The notes: generated from the sequence alone by a model not told the origin. Shown: positions 20,083 through 28,418, numbered from the stretch's first letter. The stretch is DNA of 51,689 nucleotides from Clostridiaceae bacterium (GCA_041670885.1 JBAXYJ010000001.1:1-51689); one strand, 5' to 3'. Numbers and translations: made by a program.

Positions 20083-20730
20083 TTATTTTTTTATATATTT
20101 TCTAAGCCATTGGATAAATTCACTTACTCCATATCCACTGGCAGAATTAACAGGGAAAAATTTAATATCTTTATTTAATTTCAATGCATCATTTTTTACC
20201 CTATTTTCATCAAATTTAAAATAATCCTTTGTATCGTATTTACTGAGCACCAGAGCATTTGACTTAATAAACATGAGAGGATATTTCTCCACCTTGTCAT
20301 CCCCTTCCGGAATGCTTAAAATGACAATCTTTATATCTTCTCCTATATCAAATTCCGCCGGACAAACCAGATTGCCAATGTTCTCAATGAATATAATATC
20401 TAAATCATTTAAATTAAATTCAGGAAGTATGTTTTTAATTGACACAGCCTCTATATGACAGGCTCCATCAGTATTTAACTGAACTACAGGAATACCCAGC
20501 GCTGCAATCTTTTCAGCGTCTATCTTTCCTGCTATATCTCCTTCTATAACTCCTATTTTAAATTCACCTTTAACAGCATTAATTACATTTGTAATAAATG
20601 TAGTTTTACCAGCTCCGGGAGACCCCATTACATTTATCATCAGAACTTTTTTTTCGCTTAATTCCTTTTGAAGTTCTTTATGACAGTCTTCATTCCACTC
20701 TAATATTTGTCTTACTATTTTAATATCCAT
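20083..20730 (-). CDS. hypB: hydrogenase nickel-incorporation GTPase HypB
   Basis: GSPGAGKTT P-loop, ENIGNLVCPA and SKYD motifs. ATG at 20728-20730 overlaps the hypA TGA (TGATG). GGAGGT RBS. Confidence 0.9.
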   Translation of the reverse strand: MDIKIVRQILEWNEDCHKELQKELSEKKVLMINVMGSPGAGKTTFITNVINAVKGEFKIGVIEGDIAGKIDAEKIAALGIPVVQLNTDGACHIEAVSIKNILPEFNLNDLDIIFIENIGNLVCPAEFDIGEDIKIVILSIPEGDDKVEKYPLMFIKSNALVLSKYDTKDYFKFDENRVKNDALKLNKDIKFFPVNSASGYGVSEFIQWLRKYIKK

Positions 20731-21071
20731 CAATCTACCTCCATGCTATCAATCAAAAACTCATTGCCCCCTAATAGCTTTATATCAGAACCTTCGCATA
20801 CAGGACATATAAAATCCCCTCTTTTTACAACAGAAGTATTTTTACATCCATTGCAGAATATCTTTAAAGGAATCTTTGCTATATTAAGTTTAGCACCTTC
20901 TACCTTTGTTCCAATACTTGCAATATCAAAATAATACTGTATTGACTCCGGAATAAGTCCTGTCAATTCACCAACTAATATTTTAATTTCTTTAACTTTA
21001 ACAACTTTATTCTTTGCAGCTTCCTGGGAGCAAATTTTTATAATATTTTCAGTTACAGATAATTCATGCAT
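20730..21071 (-). CDS. hypA: hydrogenase nickel-insertion protein HypA
   Basis: 113 aa. MHELS N-terminus (Ni site) and zinc motif CNGC...CPVC. The start overlaps the large-subunit stop (TAATG). Confidence 0.85.
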   Translation of the reverse strand: MHELSVTENIIKICSQEAAKNKVVKVKEIKILVGELTGLIPESIQYYFDIASIGTKVEGAKLNIAKIPLKIFCNGCKNTSVVKRGDFICPVCEGSDIKLLGGNEFLIDSMEVD

Positions 21072-22153
21072 TATCTGTCAAGGCAGGAGAAACAAGGGTC
21101 TATGCTTGCTACTATAAGTCCTGCATCTGCTACTGTATTATTTTTAAGCATTGCCGGAACTGCAGCTGCATTTTTAAAGGTTGGAACATGGATATTAACT
21201 CTATAATTATTTGGTCCTCCACCATATACTACGTAATATGTTAATTCTCCTCTTGGAGCTTCTGTTCTAACAAAGCTTTCCCCAGCAGGAATTTTTGGAA
21301 TTTTAACTCCCAAGTTTATAGGACCATAAGGAATATTTTTTGCTGCCTGCTCAATTATCTTAAAGCTTTCTTCAACTTCCAAAAGTCTTACTACAGCTCT
21401 TCCAAATACGTCACAGTTATCAACAGATATTGATTTAAAATTAAAATCTTCATAGCTGGAATATGGATCCACCTTTCTTACATCATCACTTTGTGATGAT
21501 GCTCTCCCGGTTGGACCTACTGCACCAAATATAAATGCATCATCTTTTGTTAAAACTCCAACTCCTTTTGTTCTCAGTGCTATTGTCTTATCATTAGCAT
21601 ATATATCTAATACTTTTCCGAAAGGTTCTTTTAAATCATTTATCATTTTAAGCAGATTATCAAGCTGTTCTTTGCTGAAATCACGTCTGGCGCCGCCTAC
21701 TATATTCATAGCATAGTTAACTCTGTTTCCTGATAACATCTCCAGCATATCCATTACATTTTCTCTTGCAGAGAAGGTGTACATAAATAAAGAATCAAAA
21801 CCAATAATATGAGCTGCCAAACCAAGCCATAAAAAATGAGAATGAAGCCTTTCAAGTTCAGCTATAATTACTCTTATGTATTGACCTCTTTTAGGAACTT
21901 CCATACCTGCGATTTCTTCTAATGCCCTGCAGTAAGTAAAAGGATGGGAATGAGAACATATACCACAAACTCTTTCAACTAATGTTATAGTTTGAATTGG
22001 ATTTCTTTCAGTAGTAAGTTTCTCAATTCCACGATGATTATATCCAATAAAAACATCAGAATCTGTTATTATTTCTCCATCTGTATATAATTTTACATGT
22101 ATTGGCTCCTCTAATGAAGGATGATAAGGGCCAATAGGCACTATATAGCTCAT
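21071..22153 (-). CDS. group 4 membrane-bound [NiFe]-hydrogenase large subunit (NuoD/MbhL/EchE-like)
   Basis: 360 aa. N-terminal RVCGICSHSH and extreme C-terminal DPCFSCLDR-stop are the two NiFe-ligating CxxC pairs. The length is NuoD-like. Confidence 0.9.
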   Translation of the reverse strand: MSYIVPIGPYHPSLEEPIHVKLYTDGEIITDSDVFIGYNHRGIEKLTTERNPIQTITLVERVCGICSHSHPFTYCRALEEIAGMEVPKRGQYIRVIIAELERLHSHFLWLGLAAHIIGFDSLFMYTFSARENVMDMLEMLSGNRVNYAMNIVGGARRDFSKEQLDNLLKMINDLKEPFGKVLDIYANDKTIALRTKGVGVLTKDDAFIFGAVGPTGRASSQSDDVRKVDPYSSYEDFNFKSISVDNCDVFGRAVVRLLEVEESFKIIEQAAKNIPYGPINLGVKIPKIPAGESFVRTEAPRGELTYYVVYGGGPNNYRVNIHVPTFKNAAAVPAMLKNNTVADAGLIVASIDPCFSCLDR

Positions 22154-22154
22154 A

Positions 22155-22535
22155 CTATTCCTCCTTATTGTTCTTTTTTAATTCTGCCAGAGGTGTTACT
22201 AATATCTGACCGGTTCCGTCAAAATCATCAGGTAAAAATAATCTTCCCGATTTATTAAGACCCTGAAACTCAATTGGCATCATTTCACATATTTCTTCTT
22301 CACACCACTGTGCTGATCCTTTATATATTGGAGTTATTGAAGGAAGCTTTTCATATCCTCTGCAGATATAAGTTTCTACCCTGCCCTCTACATCGTAATT
22401 ATAAACAATAGAATTTTTGCCTTCAGTGTCTACATATCCATTCATTATAACCAATCTGCTGCCTTTGCTGAGCATTTTTTCAGCTAAGGTTACTACTTCT
22501 TCCTTTGTAATATTAGTTATATTTGTCTTATGCAT
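22155..22535 (-). CDS. NuoC/MbhK-like hydrogenase subunit
   Basis: 126 aa soluble protein immediately upstream of the large subunit, with the RBS inside its last codons. Assigned mainly by position and size, so it is tentative. Confidence 0.55.
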   Translation of the reverse strand: MHKTNITNITKEEVVTLAEKMLSKGSRLVIMNGYVDTEGKNSIVYNYDVEGRVETYICRGYEKLPSITPIYKGSAQWCEEEICEMMPIEFQGLNKSGRLFLPDDFDGTGQILVTPLAELKKNNKEE

Positions 22536-22577
22536 TTAATTTGCTCCTCTCAAAATTCTATTTTCTATCATTTATTC

Positions 22578-22607
22578 AAAACTCACACTTCTATAAGTGT
22601 GAGTTTT
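22578..22607 (-). terminator. strong hairpin (terminator/attenuator or processing stem) between hypE and the hydrogenase structural genes
   Basis: AAAACTCACACTT-loop-AAGTGTGAGTTTT: a perfect 13-bp stem and 4-nt loop, then GAATAAA on the minus strand. It lies 42 nt upstream of the NuoC-like ATG. Confidence 0.5.
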
Positions 22608-22676
22608 GATTCATGTTTCAGACTACGCTGAGTCTCCACCTGAAGTTTCCATGTTCAGTTAAGCTGTGCGGGTTTA

Positions 22677-23678
22677 TTAACATATTCTTGGAAGCTGGTC
22701 GAAGCTTAGCTTATCTATTATTCTTTTTCCTCCATAGATACTCTTTAATATGACCTTTCCAGAATTAGTTTCCTTGACTTCTCCAATAATTTCAGCATTA
22801 TGGCTTTCATCTAATTTTCTAAGATCAGATATTATACTGTCTGCTGCATCCTCTGAAACTATTGCTAAAACCTTTCCTTCATTGGCACTGTACAGCGGGT
22901 CTATACCTAAAAGGTCACAGGCTGTTTGTACATCACTGTCAATAGGCAGCTTATCTTCATAAAGTTCAATTGAAAAATTCATATCTTCTGTGAATTCATT
23001 TAATGTAGTGGCCACGCCTCCACGAGTTGGATCTCTTAATATTTTAACACTTTTACCATATTTTAAAATAGCATCAGTTACTTTATTAAGAGGAGTACAA
23101 TCTGAAGAAATATTTGTTTCAAAAAAATTATTTCTTGTGCACAAAATTGATACTCCATGATTTCCCATACTACCGGATAATATAACCTTATCTCCCTTTT
23201 CAATTCTGTCTCTGCCTAAGCTTATACCTTCTTTAAGCTCCCCTATACCTGAAGTATTTATGTATATCTTATGCCCATGACCTTTATCTACTACCTTAGT
23301 GTCACCGGTTACTACAAGAACTCCGGCTTTTTTTGCAGTTTCTGAAATAGAATCTGCTATTTTTTCCAGTTCACTTATTTTCAAACCTTCTTCAAGAATA
23401 AATGAAAGGCTTAAATACTTTGGTCTGCTTCCGCACATTAAAAGATCATTTACAGTTCCGCATACACTTATCTTTCCTATATCACCGCCATTAAAAAATA
23501 TTGGATCAATAACAAAGCTGTCGGTAGAAAATGCAATTCTGCCATTAACATCTAATATTGCACCATCACCCAGGTTATTCAGCTCTTTATTATTAAATCT
23601 GGGCAGTAATATTTTTTCTATTAGTGCCGAGGTCTTTTTTCCCCCATTTCCATGGGACATTGATATTATTTCTTCCAT
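22677..23678 (-). CDS. hypE: hydrogenase maturation carbamoyl dehydratase HypE
   Basis: 333 aa. SHGNGGK N-terminal motif and the diagnostic C-terminal PRIC. Confidence 0.9.
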   Translation of the reverse strand: MEEIISMSHGNGGKKTSALIEKILLPRFNNKELNNLGDGAILDVNGRIAFSTDSFVIDPIFFNGGDIGKISVCGTVNDLLMCGSRPKYLSLSFILEEGLKISELEKIADSISETAKKAGVLVVTGDTKVVDKGHGHKIYINTSGIGELKEGISLGRDRIEKGDKVILSGSMGNHGVSILCTRNNFFETNISSDCTPLNKVTDAILKYGKSVKILRDPTRGGVATTLNEFTEDMNFSIELYEDKLPIDSDVQTACDLLGIDPLYSANEGKVLAIVSEDAADSIISDLRKLDESHNAEIIGEVKETNSGKVILKSIYGGKRIIDKLSFDQLPRIC

Positions 23679-23686
23679 TTTATCAC

Positions 23687-24745
23687 CTATATTTCATCAT
23701 TATATTTGTAGTAAGCAGCACAGCTTCCTTCTGAAGAAACCATACAGGGCCCTATCGGATAATCAGGATTGCAAACCTTACCAAACAGGCTGCAGCTATT
23801 TGGCTTAATAAGCCCTTTAATTACGTCCCCACACCTGCAGTTATACTTCTTTTTATGTATAATTACATTATTCGGGAAAATTTTCTCTATATCATATTTT
23901 TCATATTTTTTATTTATCTTATAACCGCTGTTTTTTATTATTCCAATGCCTCTCCAATTATCATCTTTAATTTCAAAAATTTCTTCAAATAAATTAATTG
24001 CTGTATTATTGGTTTCATATGATACTGCACTTTTATAGCAGTTATCAACTTCAAATTTATTTTCATTTATATTTTTAACAAGTGTATAAATTCCATATAA
24101 AAGCTGATCAAATTCAAAGCCAGTAATCGCTCCGCTGATTTTATAACCCTTTAAATAATTAAAGCCCTGCTGACCTAAGATGCAGGCTACGTGTCCAGGC
24201 AGAATAAATCCATCTATTTTTATTTCTTTATCTTCTATTAATGCTCTGATTACAGGTTCAACTTTTTTATGCATAGAATAAACATAAAAATTTTCTGTTT
24301 TGTTTTTTTCAGCTTCTAAAATTGCAACTGCAGTAGAAGGCATAGTGGTTTCAAAACCAATGCCTAAAAAAACAACCTTTTTATCTTTATTCTCTTCAGC
24401 AATTTTTAACGCATCAATACTGGAATAAACAATACGAACATCAGCACCTTTTGCTTTTGCCTTCTCTAAAGTAAATGAAGGGTCAGATCCGGGTACTCTT
24501 ATCATATCACCATAGGTTGTAATTATTATATCTTGATGCAGAGACAGATCATATATGTAATCTAAAGAAGAGTCTGGAGTTACACATACGGGGCAGCCTG
24601 GCCCTGATATAAGATTAATATTTTTACTCAATAAATTTCTGATTCCAAACCTGCTTATTGCCATAGTATGAGTCCCGCATACTTCCATCAGGTTAATATT
24701 TCTATTTACACTATTTAAATAATTTATGATTTTTTCATTTTCCAT
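23687..24745 (-). CDS. hypD: hydrogenase maturation Fe-S protein HypD
   Basis: 352 aa. CGTHT, GPGCPVCV and FETT motifs. Confidence 0.9.
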   Translation of the reverse strand: MENEKIINYLNSVNRNINLMEVCGTHTMAISRFGIRNLLSKNINLISGPGCPVCVTPDSSLDYIYDLSLHQDIIITTYGDMIRVPGSDPSFTLEKAKAKGADVRIVYSSIDALKIAEENKDKKVVFLGIGFETTMPSTAVAILEAEKNKTENFYVYSMHKKVEPVIRALIEDKEIKIDGFILPGHVACILGQQGFNYLKGYKISGAITGFEFDQLLYGIYTLVKNINENKFEVDNCYKSAVSYETNNTAINLFEEIFEIKDDNWRGIGIIKNSGYKINKKYEKYDIEKIFPNNVIIHKKKYNCRCGDVIKGLIKPNSCSLFGKVCNPDYPIGPCMVSSEGSCAAYYKYNDEI

Positions 24746-24974
24746 GGCTGACCTCTTTCATTGCTTCATCTAATTCCTCCATTGCTTTTAATGTATCAAT
24801 AGCTACATCCTCTCTAAGTTTTTCAATAGCAAATCCAGCGTGAACAAGAACATAGTCTCCAATATGCAAGTCTTTAATCAAGTCTATCCTAATGTTCCTT
24901 TTTATGCCATTTAATTCTGCTATTGCCTGGTTATCTTTTATTTCTAATAATTTTAAGGTAACTGCCAAACACAT
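24735..24974 (-). CDS. hypC: hydrogenase maturation chaperone HypC
   Basis: 79 aa starting with MCLA (essential Cys2). 11-nt overlap with hypD. Confidence 0.85.
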   Translation of the reverse strand: MCLAVTLKLLEIKDNQAIAELNGIKRNIRIDLIKDLHIGDYVLVHAGFAIEKLREDVAIDTLKAMEELDEAMKEVSHGK

Positions 24975-25134
24975 TTTATCAACTCCTTACCATTTAATGT
25001 TATTGTATTATAAAGTTTTTAATACATATAATAATATCATATTTTAACCTAGTTGGTAATAATAATTTATTGATTTTATTATTAAGGGTTGTTAAAATAC
25101 AGACATTAGGTATAAAACATTAGGAATTTATTAT

Positions 25135-25162
25135 TTGAAATCTATGAATACTATGCTATAAT
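25135..25162 (+). promoter_or_regulatory. sigma-A-type extended -10 promoter for ORF 25211
   Basis: TTGAAA (25135-25140), 16-nt spacer ending in TGc, TATAAT (25157-25162). Confidence 0.5.
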
Positions 25163-25210
25163 TATTTTAATTGCAATCATAAAATAACTTAGAAAAGGAG
25201 TCATTTATAT

Positions 25211-25621
25211 ATGGGGTTCAAAGATAAGCTGGCAAAAAGATATACCGATTCTTACTTAAAAAAGTATGGTGATAGAATTACACAGGTTAATGGAAATGTT
25301 GTTTCTATTAAAATTGAAGAAAAGAAAATTTTATGGATTTTTAACAAATTAATAGTAACACTTTTAGTTAGACCAGATAGAAGCAAGGGTATTGTAAAAT
25401 GTGTGTACAAGAAAAACAAATGGTTTAAAAAGCCGGAATTTATTCCTGTTAAACAGGGAAACTTAGTTATTGTTCAGGGATTAAAGGGTAAAAAGGGTAA
25501 AGAAGGCAGAGAATTAATACAGATTATGAATGTTGTTAATCTCAGCAATAAGAAGGAACTTGTCCCAACAAACGGAATGGCCGAAAAGGCAAAAAGAGTT
25601 CAAAAGTATCAAAGAAGATAA
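25211..25621 (+). CDS. hypothetical lysine-rich protein, no recognisable motif
   Basis: 136-aa ORF with AAGGAG RBS, its own promoter and its own terminator. I could assign no family by eye. Confidence 0.5.
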   Translation: MGFKDKLAKRYTDSYLKKYGDRITQVNGNVVSIKIEEKKILWIFNKLIVTLLVRPDRSKGIVKCVYKKNKWFKKPEFIPVKQGNLVIVQGLKGKKGKEGRELIQIMNVVNLSNKKELVPTNGMAEKAKRVQKYQRR

Positions 25622-25622
25622 T

Positions 25623-25650
25623 AAGGAAGCAAATGCTTCCTTATTTTTTT
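25623..25650 (+). terminator. intrinsic terminator of ORF 25211
   Basis: AAGGAAGC-AAAT-GCTTCCTT followed by ATTTTTTT. Confidence 0.75.
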
Positions 25651-25656
25651 ATTTAT

Positions 25657-25753
25657 GGAGACTGCATAATTACCTTTGGCTAGTCCATCTTGAAAATAAC
25701 GAATCTTCACCGTTTTTTCAACATGGAATATATTTATGAATTATGCAGTCTCT
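25657..25753 (+). repeat. TGCATAATT-TIR element, copy B1 (MITE-like)
   Basis: GGAGACTGCATAATTACCTTTGGCTAG...TTTATGAATTATGCAGTCTCT. 14-15-bp TIR, flanked by TTTAT (25652-25656) and TTTAT (25754-25758). Confidence 0.8.
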
Positions 25754-25762
25754 TTTATCTAT

Positions 25763-25859
25763 GGAGACTGCATAATTACCTTGGGCTGATCCATGTTGAA
25801 AACAACGAATTTTCATCGTTTTTTCAACATGGAATATATTTATGAATTATGCAGTCTTT
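25763..25859 (+). repeat. TGCATAATT-TIR element, copy B2 (MITE-like)
   Basis: Near-identical to B1. Contains a 17-bp internal stem (25791-25808 / 25816-25832). Its right TIR contains the ATPase stop codon (25847-25849). Confidence 0.8.
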
Positions 25860-28360
25860 TTTATCAGCAGATATAAGCTGTTTATTAATGATATTATTCC
25901 TGAATAAAACATTACTATAAGCCATTTCCCACTGCCTAGATATACAGTATGAAATATGGTTCTGAAAAACGGCAGATATATTATTGATGAAAGCATTATA
26001 ATAGATATAAAAACAGCAAAGAACAGATACATATTTGTAAATATATTAATTTCAAATACTGATTTATTTAAGCTTCTGCACTCAAATACATGGAACAGCT
26101 GCGACATAACCAGTGTTGCCATAGTTATGGTCCTGCAGCATTCTAAGCTGAAATTATAATACATGCCTGTTATAAAAGACAGAATTGTGCATATGCCTAT
26201 CAAGGTACCTCTAACAAGTATTCTCTCTCCCAATCCATCACTGAATATACCTGAACTTTTTTCTCTTGGTGCTTTTTTCATAATGTCAACGCTGGCAGGG
26301 TCAAGCCCTAAGGCTAAGGCTGGGAGTCCATCTGTTGCTAAATTAATAAATAGAATCTGTATAGGTAAAAGCGGTATTTTCAAGTAAAATAGTGAGGCTA
26401 AAAACATAGTAAGGACTTCCCCCAAATTACAGGAAAGTAAATATCTGATGAACTTTTTTATATTATCATATATTACTCTTCCCTCTCTGACAGCATTAAC
26501 AATAGTTGCAAAATTGTCATCTAAAAGTATCATAGATGAGGCTTCTTTAGTAACATCTGTACCTGAGATACCCATGGATATGCCAATATCAGCTTCTTTT
26601 ACCGCCGGGGCATCATTAACTCCATCTCCCGTCATAGCAACAATTTTCCCTAAATCTTTATATGCTTTTACTATTTTAAACTTATTTTTTGGATTAAGCC
26701 TGGCGAATATTTTTATCTTAGGGATTATCTTCCTGAACTCTTTATCTGATAATAAATCTATGTCCTTTCCCTCTATGCACTCAGTAATATTTTCGCAGAC
26801 ACCTATCTCTTTTCCTATGGCATACGCTGTATTTATATAATCTCCAGTAATCATAACCGGTGTGATTCCTGCTTTAATACATTCCTTTACAGCGTCTTTT
26901 ACTTCAACTCTGGGTGGATCTATTATCCCTATTATTCCAATAAATATCAGATCATCTTCATTTTTTATATGTTTAGTTTCTTCCTTATACCCAAAACCAA
27001 TTAGTCTTAGTGCTTTAGATGACATTTTATCTATTTCATTATTTATTTTAGATTTTACATTACTTGTTAATATTTCAGCTTTGCCATTTAACAATATTTT
27101 ATCAGATTTCATCAGAAGTCTTTCCGGAGCTCCCTTAACATAATAACAATATTTATTATTTTCTTTTGTAATAACTGTCATCATTTTTCTGTCTGAGTTA
27201 AATGGGATTTCATCTATAATGGAATATTTATTTTTAAAATTTGTAAATTCCTTCACATTTTTTGCGAAAAAATTTACAATAGCTTTTTCTGTTGGCTCTC
27301 CAATTATATCATTATCACCTGCCTGGCACTCATTGCATAACAAGGCAGCCTTTTTTATCTGTTCTTTTCCATTAAAATTTTCATTTATTTTATATTCTTT
27401 TCTATTATCATAAATACATACTGCAGTCATTTTATTTTCAGTAAGAGTTCCTGTTTTATCAGAACATATTATAGAAACGCAGCCTAAAGTTTCAACAGCG
27501 GGCAGTTTCCTGACAAGAGCATTCCTTTTAAGCATTCTTGAAACTCCCAGAGCCAGCGCTACTGTTACTATGGCAGGAAGTCCCTCTGGAATTGCAGCCA
27601 CTGCTAAGGAAACTCCCAGCAAAAACATTTCATACTTATCTTCTCCTCTGATGATCCCCATGAATGTTACTATAATGCATATTACAATGCAGCCTATTAC
27701 TAGAATTTTACCTAGTTGGGCCAGTCTTTCTTTAAGCGGGGACCTTTCTTCTGTTATTTCTGAAAGCATATCAGCTATCTTGCCCATTTCAGTTCTCATT
27801 CCGGTTTTAGTCACCTGTGCTAAGCCTTTTCCAGCTAGTACCAGTGTACCCATATAAACAGGATCAATATTTGATTTATTTACTCCTACAGATTCACCTG
27901 TTAATATTGACTCATCAACAATCAAGCTGTTTACATTATAAAGATTACCATCAGCCGGGATCCTGTCTCCACTTTCTAATACAATTAAATCAAAAGGTAC
28001 TATATTTTCTGCGTCTATTACCTCTATGTTTCCTTCTCTAATTACCTTTGCTGTAGGAGCAGCCATTTTTTTCAAAGCTTCCAGGGATTTTTCAGTCTTA
28101 TATTCCTGAATAAAGCCAAGAACACCATTCATTACTATAATGATAAGTATTGTTAATGCCTCTTCTTTAGAGCCTATTATCCCAGATACTATAGTTGCTC
28201 CAAGCAAAACCCAAACCATAAAATCATTAAATTGAGAAATTAATATTTTTAACTTTGAAATCTTTTTTTTTCTCTTTATAGTATTGGATCCATATTTGTA
28301 GAGAAGTTTTTTTACTTTATTTTTAGATAAGCCTAAGTTTTTATCAATTTCACATTCCAT
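25847..28360 (-). CDS. P-type Ca2+-transporting ATPase (P2 type)
   Basis: 837 aa. TGES (LTGESVGV), DKTGTLT, TGDGVNDAPA and the TM4 AIPEGLPAIVT motif. Confidence 0.9.
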   Translation of the reverse strand: MECEIDKNLGLSKNKVKKLLYKYGSNTIKRKKKISKLKILISQFNDFMVWVLLGATIVSGIIGSKEEALTILIIIVMNGVLGFIQEYKTEKSLEALKKMAAPTAKVIREGNIEVIDAENIVPFDLIVLESGDRIPADGNLYNVNSLIVDESILTGESVGVNKSNIDPVYMGTLVLAGKGLAQVTKTGMRTEMGKIADMLSEITEERSPLKERLAQLGKILVIGCIVICIIVTFMGIIRGEDKYEMFLLGVSLAVAAIPEGLPAIVTVALALGVSRMLKRNALVRKLPAVETLGCVSIICSDKTGTLTENKMTAVCIYDNRKEYKINENFNGKEQIKKAALLCNECQAGDNDIIGEPTEKAIVNFFAKNVKEFTNFKNKYSIIDEIPFNSDRKMMTVITKENNKYCYYVKGAPERLLMKSDKILLNGKAEILTSNVKSKINNEIDKMSSKALRLIGFGYKEETKHIKNEDDLIFIGIIGIIDPPRVEVKDAVKECIKAGITPVMITGDYINTAYAIGKEIGVCENITECIEGKDIDLLSDKEFRKIIPKIKIFARLNPKNKFKIVKAYKDLGKIVAMTGDGVNDAPAVKEADIGISMGISGTDVTKEASSMILLDDNFATIVNAVREGRVIYDNIKKFIRYLLSCNLGEVLTMFLASLFYLKIPLLPIQILFINLATDGLPALALGLDPASVDIMKKAPREKSSGIFSDGLGERILVRGTLIGICTILSFITGMYYNFSLECCRTITMATLVMSQLFHVFECRSLNKSVFEINIFTNMYLFFAVFISIIMLSSIIYLPFFRTIFHTVYLGSGKWLIVMFYSGIISLINSLYLLIKKTA

Positions 28361-28418
28361 AGTTACCCCCTAGTGTAATTTTCCTTTTATAATAATATGA
28401 GATTATTTTCTTTTATAT

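Noticed and set aside
22608-22676. Idea that the hypE-mbhK spacer is a Ni/Co (czcD-type) riboswitch
   Set aside because: I cannot reproduce that motif's consensus from memory well enough to match it, and no conserved junction sequence is evident. It is kept only as a generic structured-leader hypothesis.
23299-23808. 169-aa plus-strand ORF antisense to hypE/hypD
   Set aside because: It is the Ser/Pro/Leu/Ile-rich shadow translation typical of the antisense strand of AT-rich genes. The sense-strand hypE and hypD motifs are unambiguous.
25530-25739. 69-aa plus-strand ORF running from the end of ORF 25211 into repeat copy B1
   Set aside because: It crosses the ORF 25211 terminator and continues into the repeat. 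It has no RBS and is an artefact of an open frame in repeat DNA.
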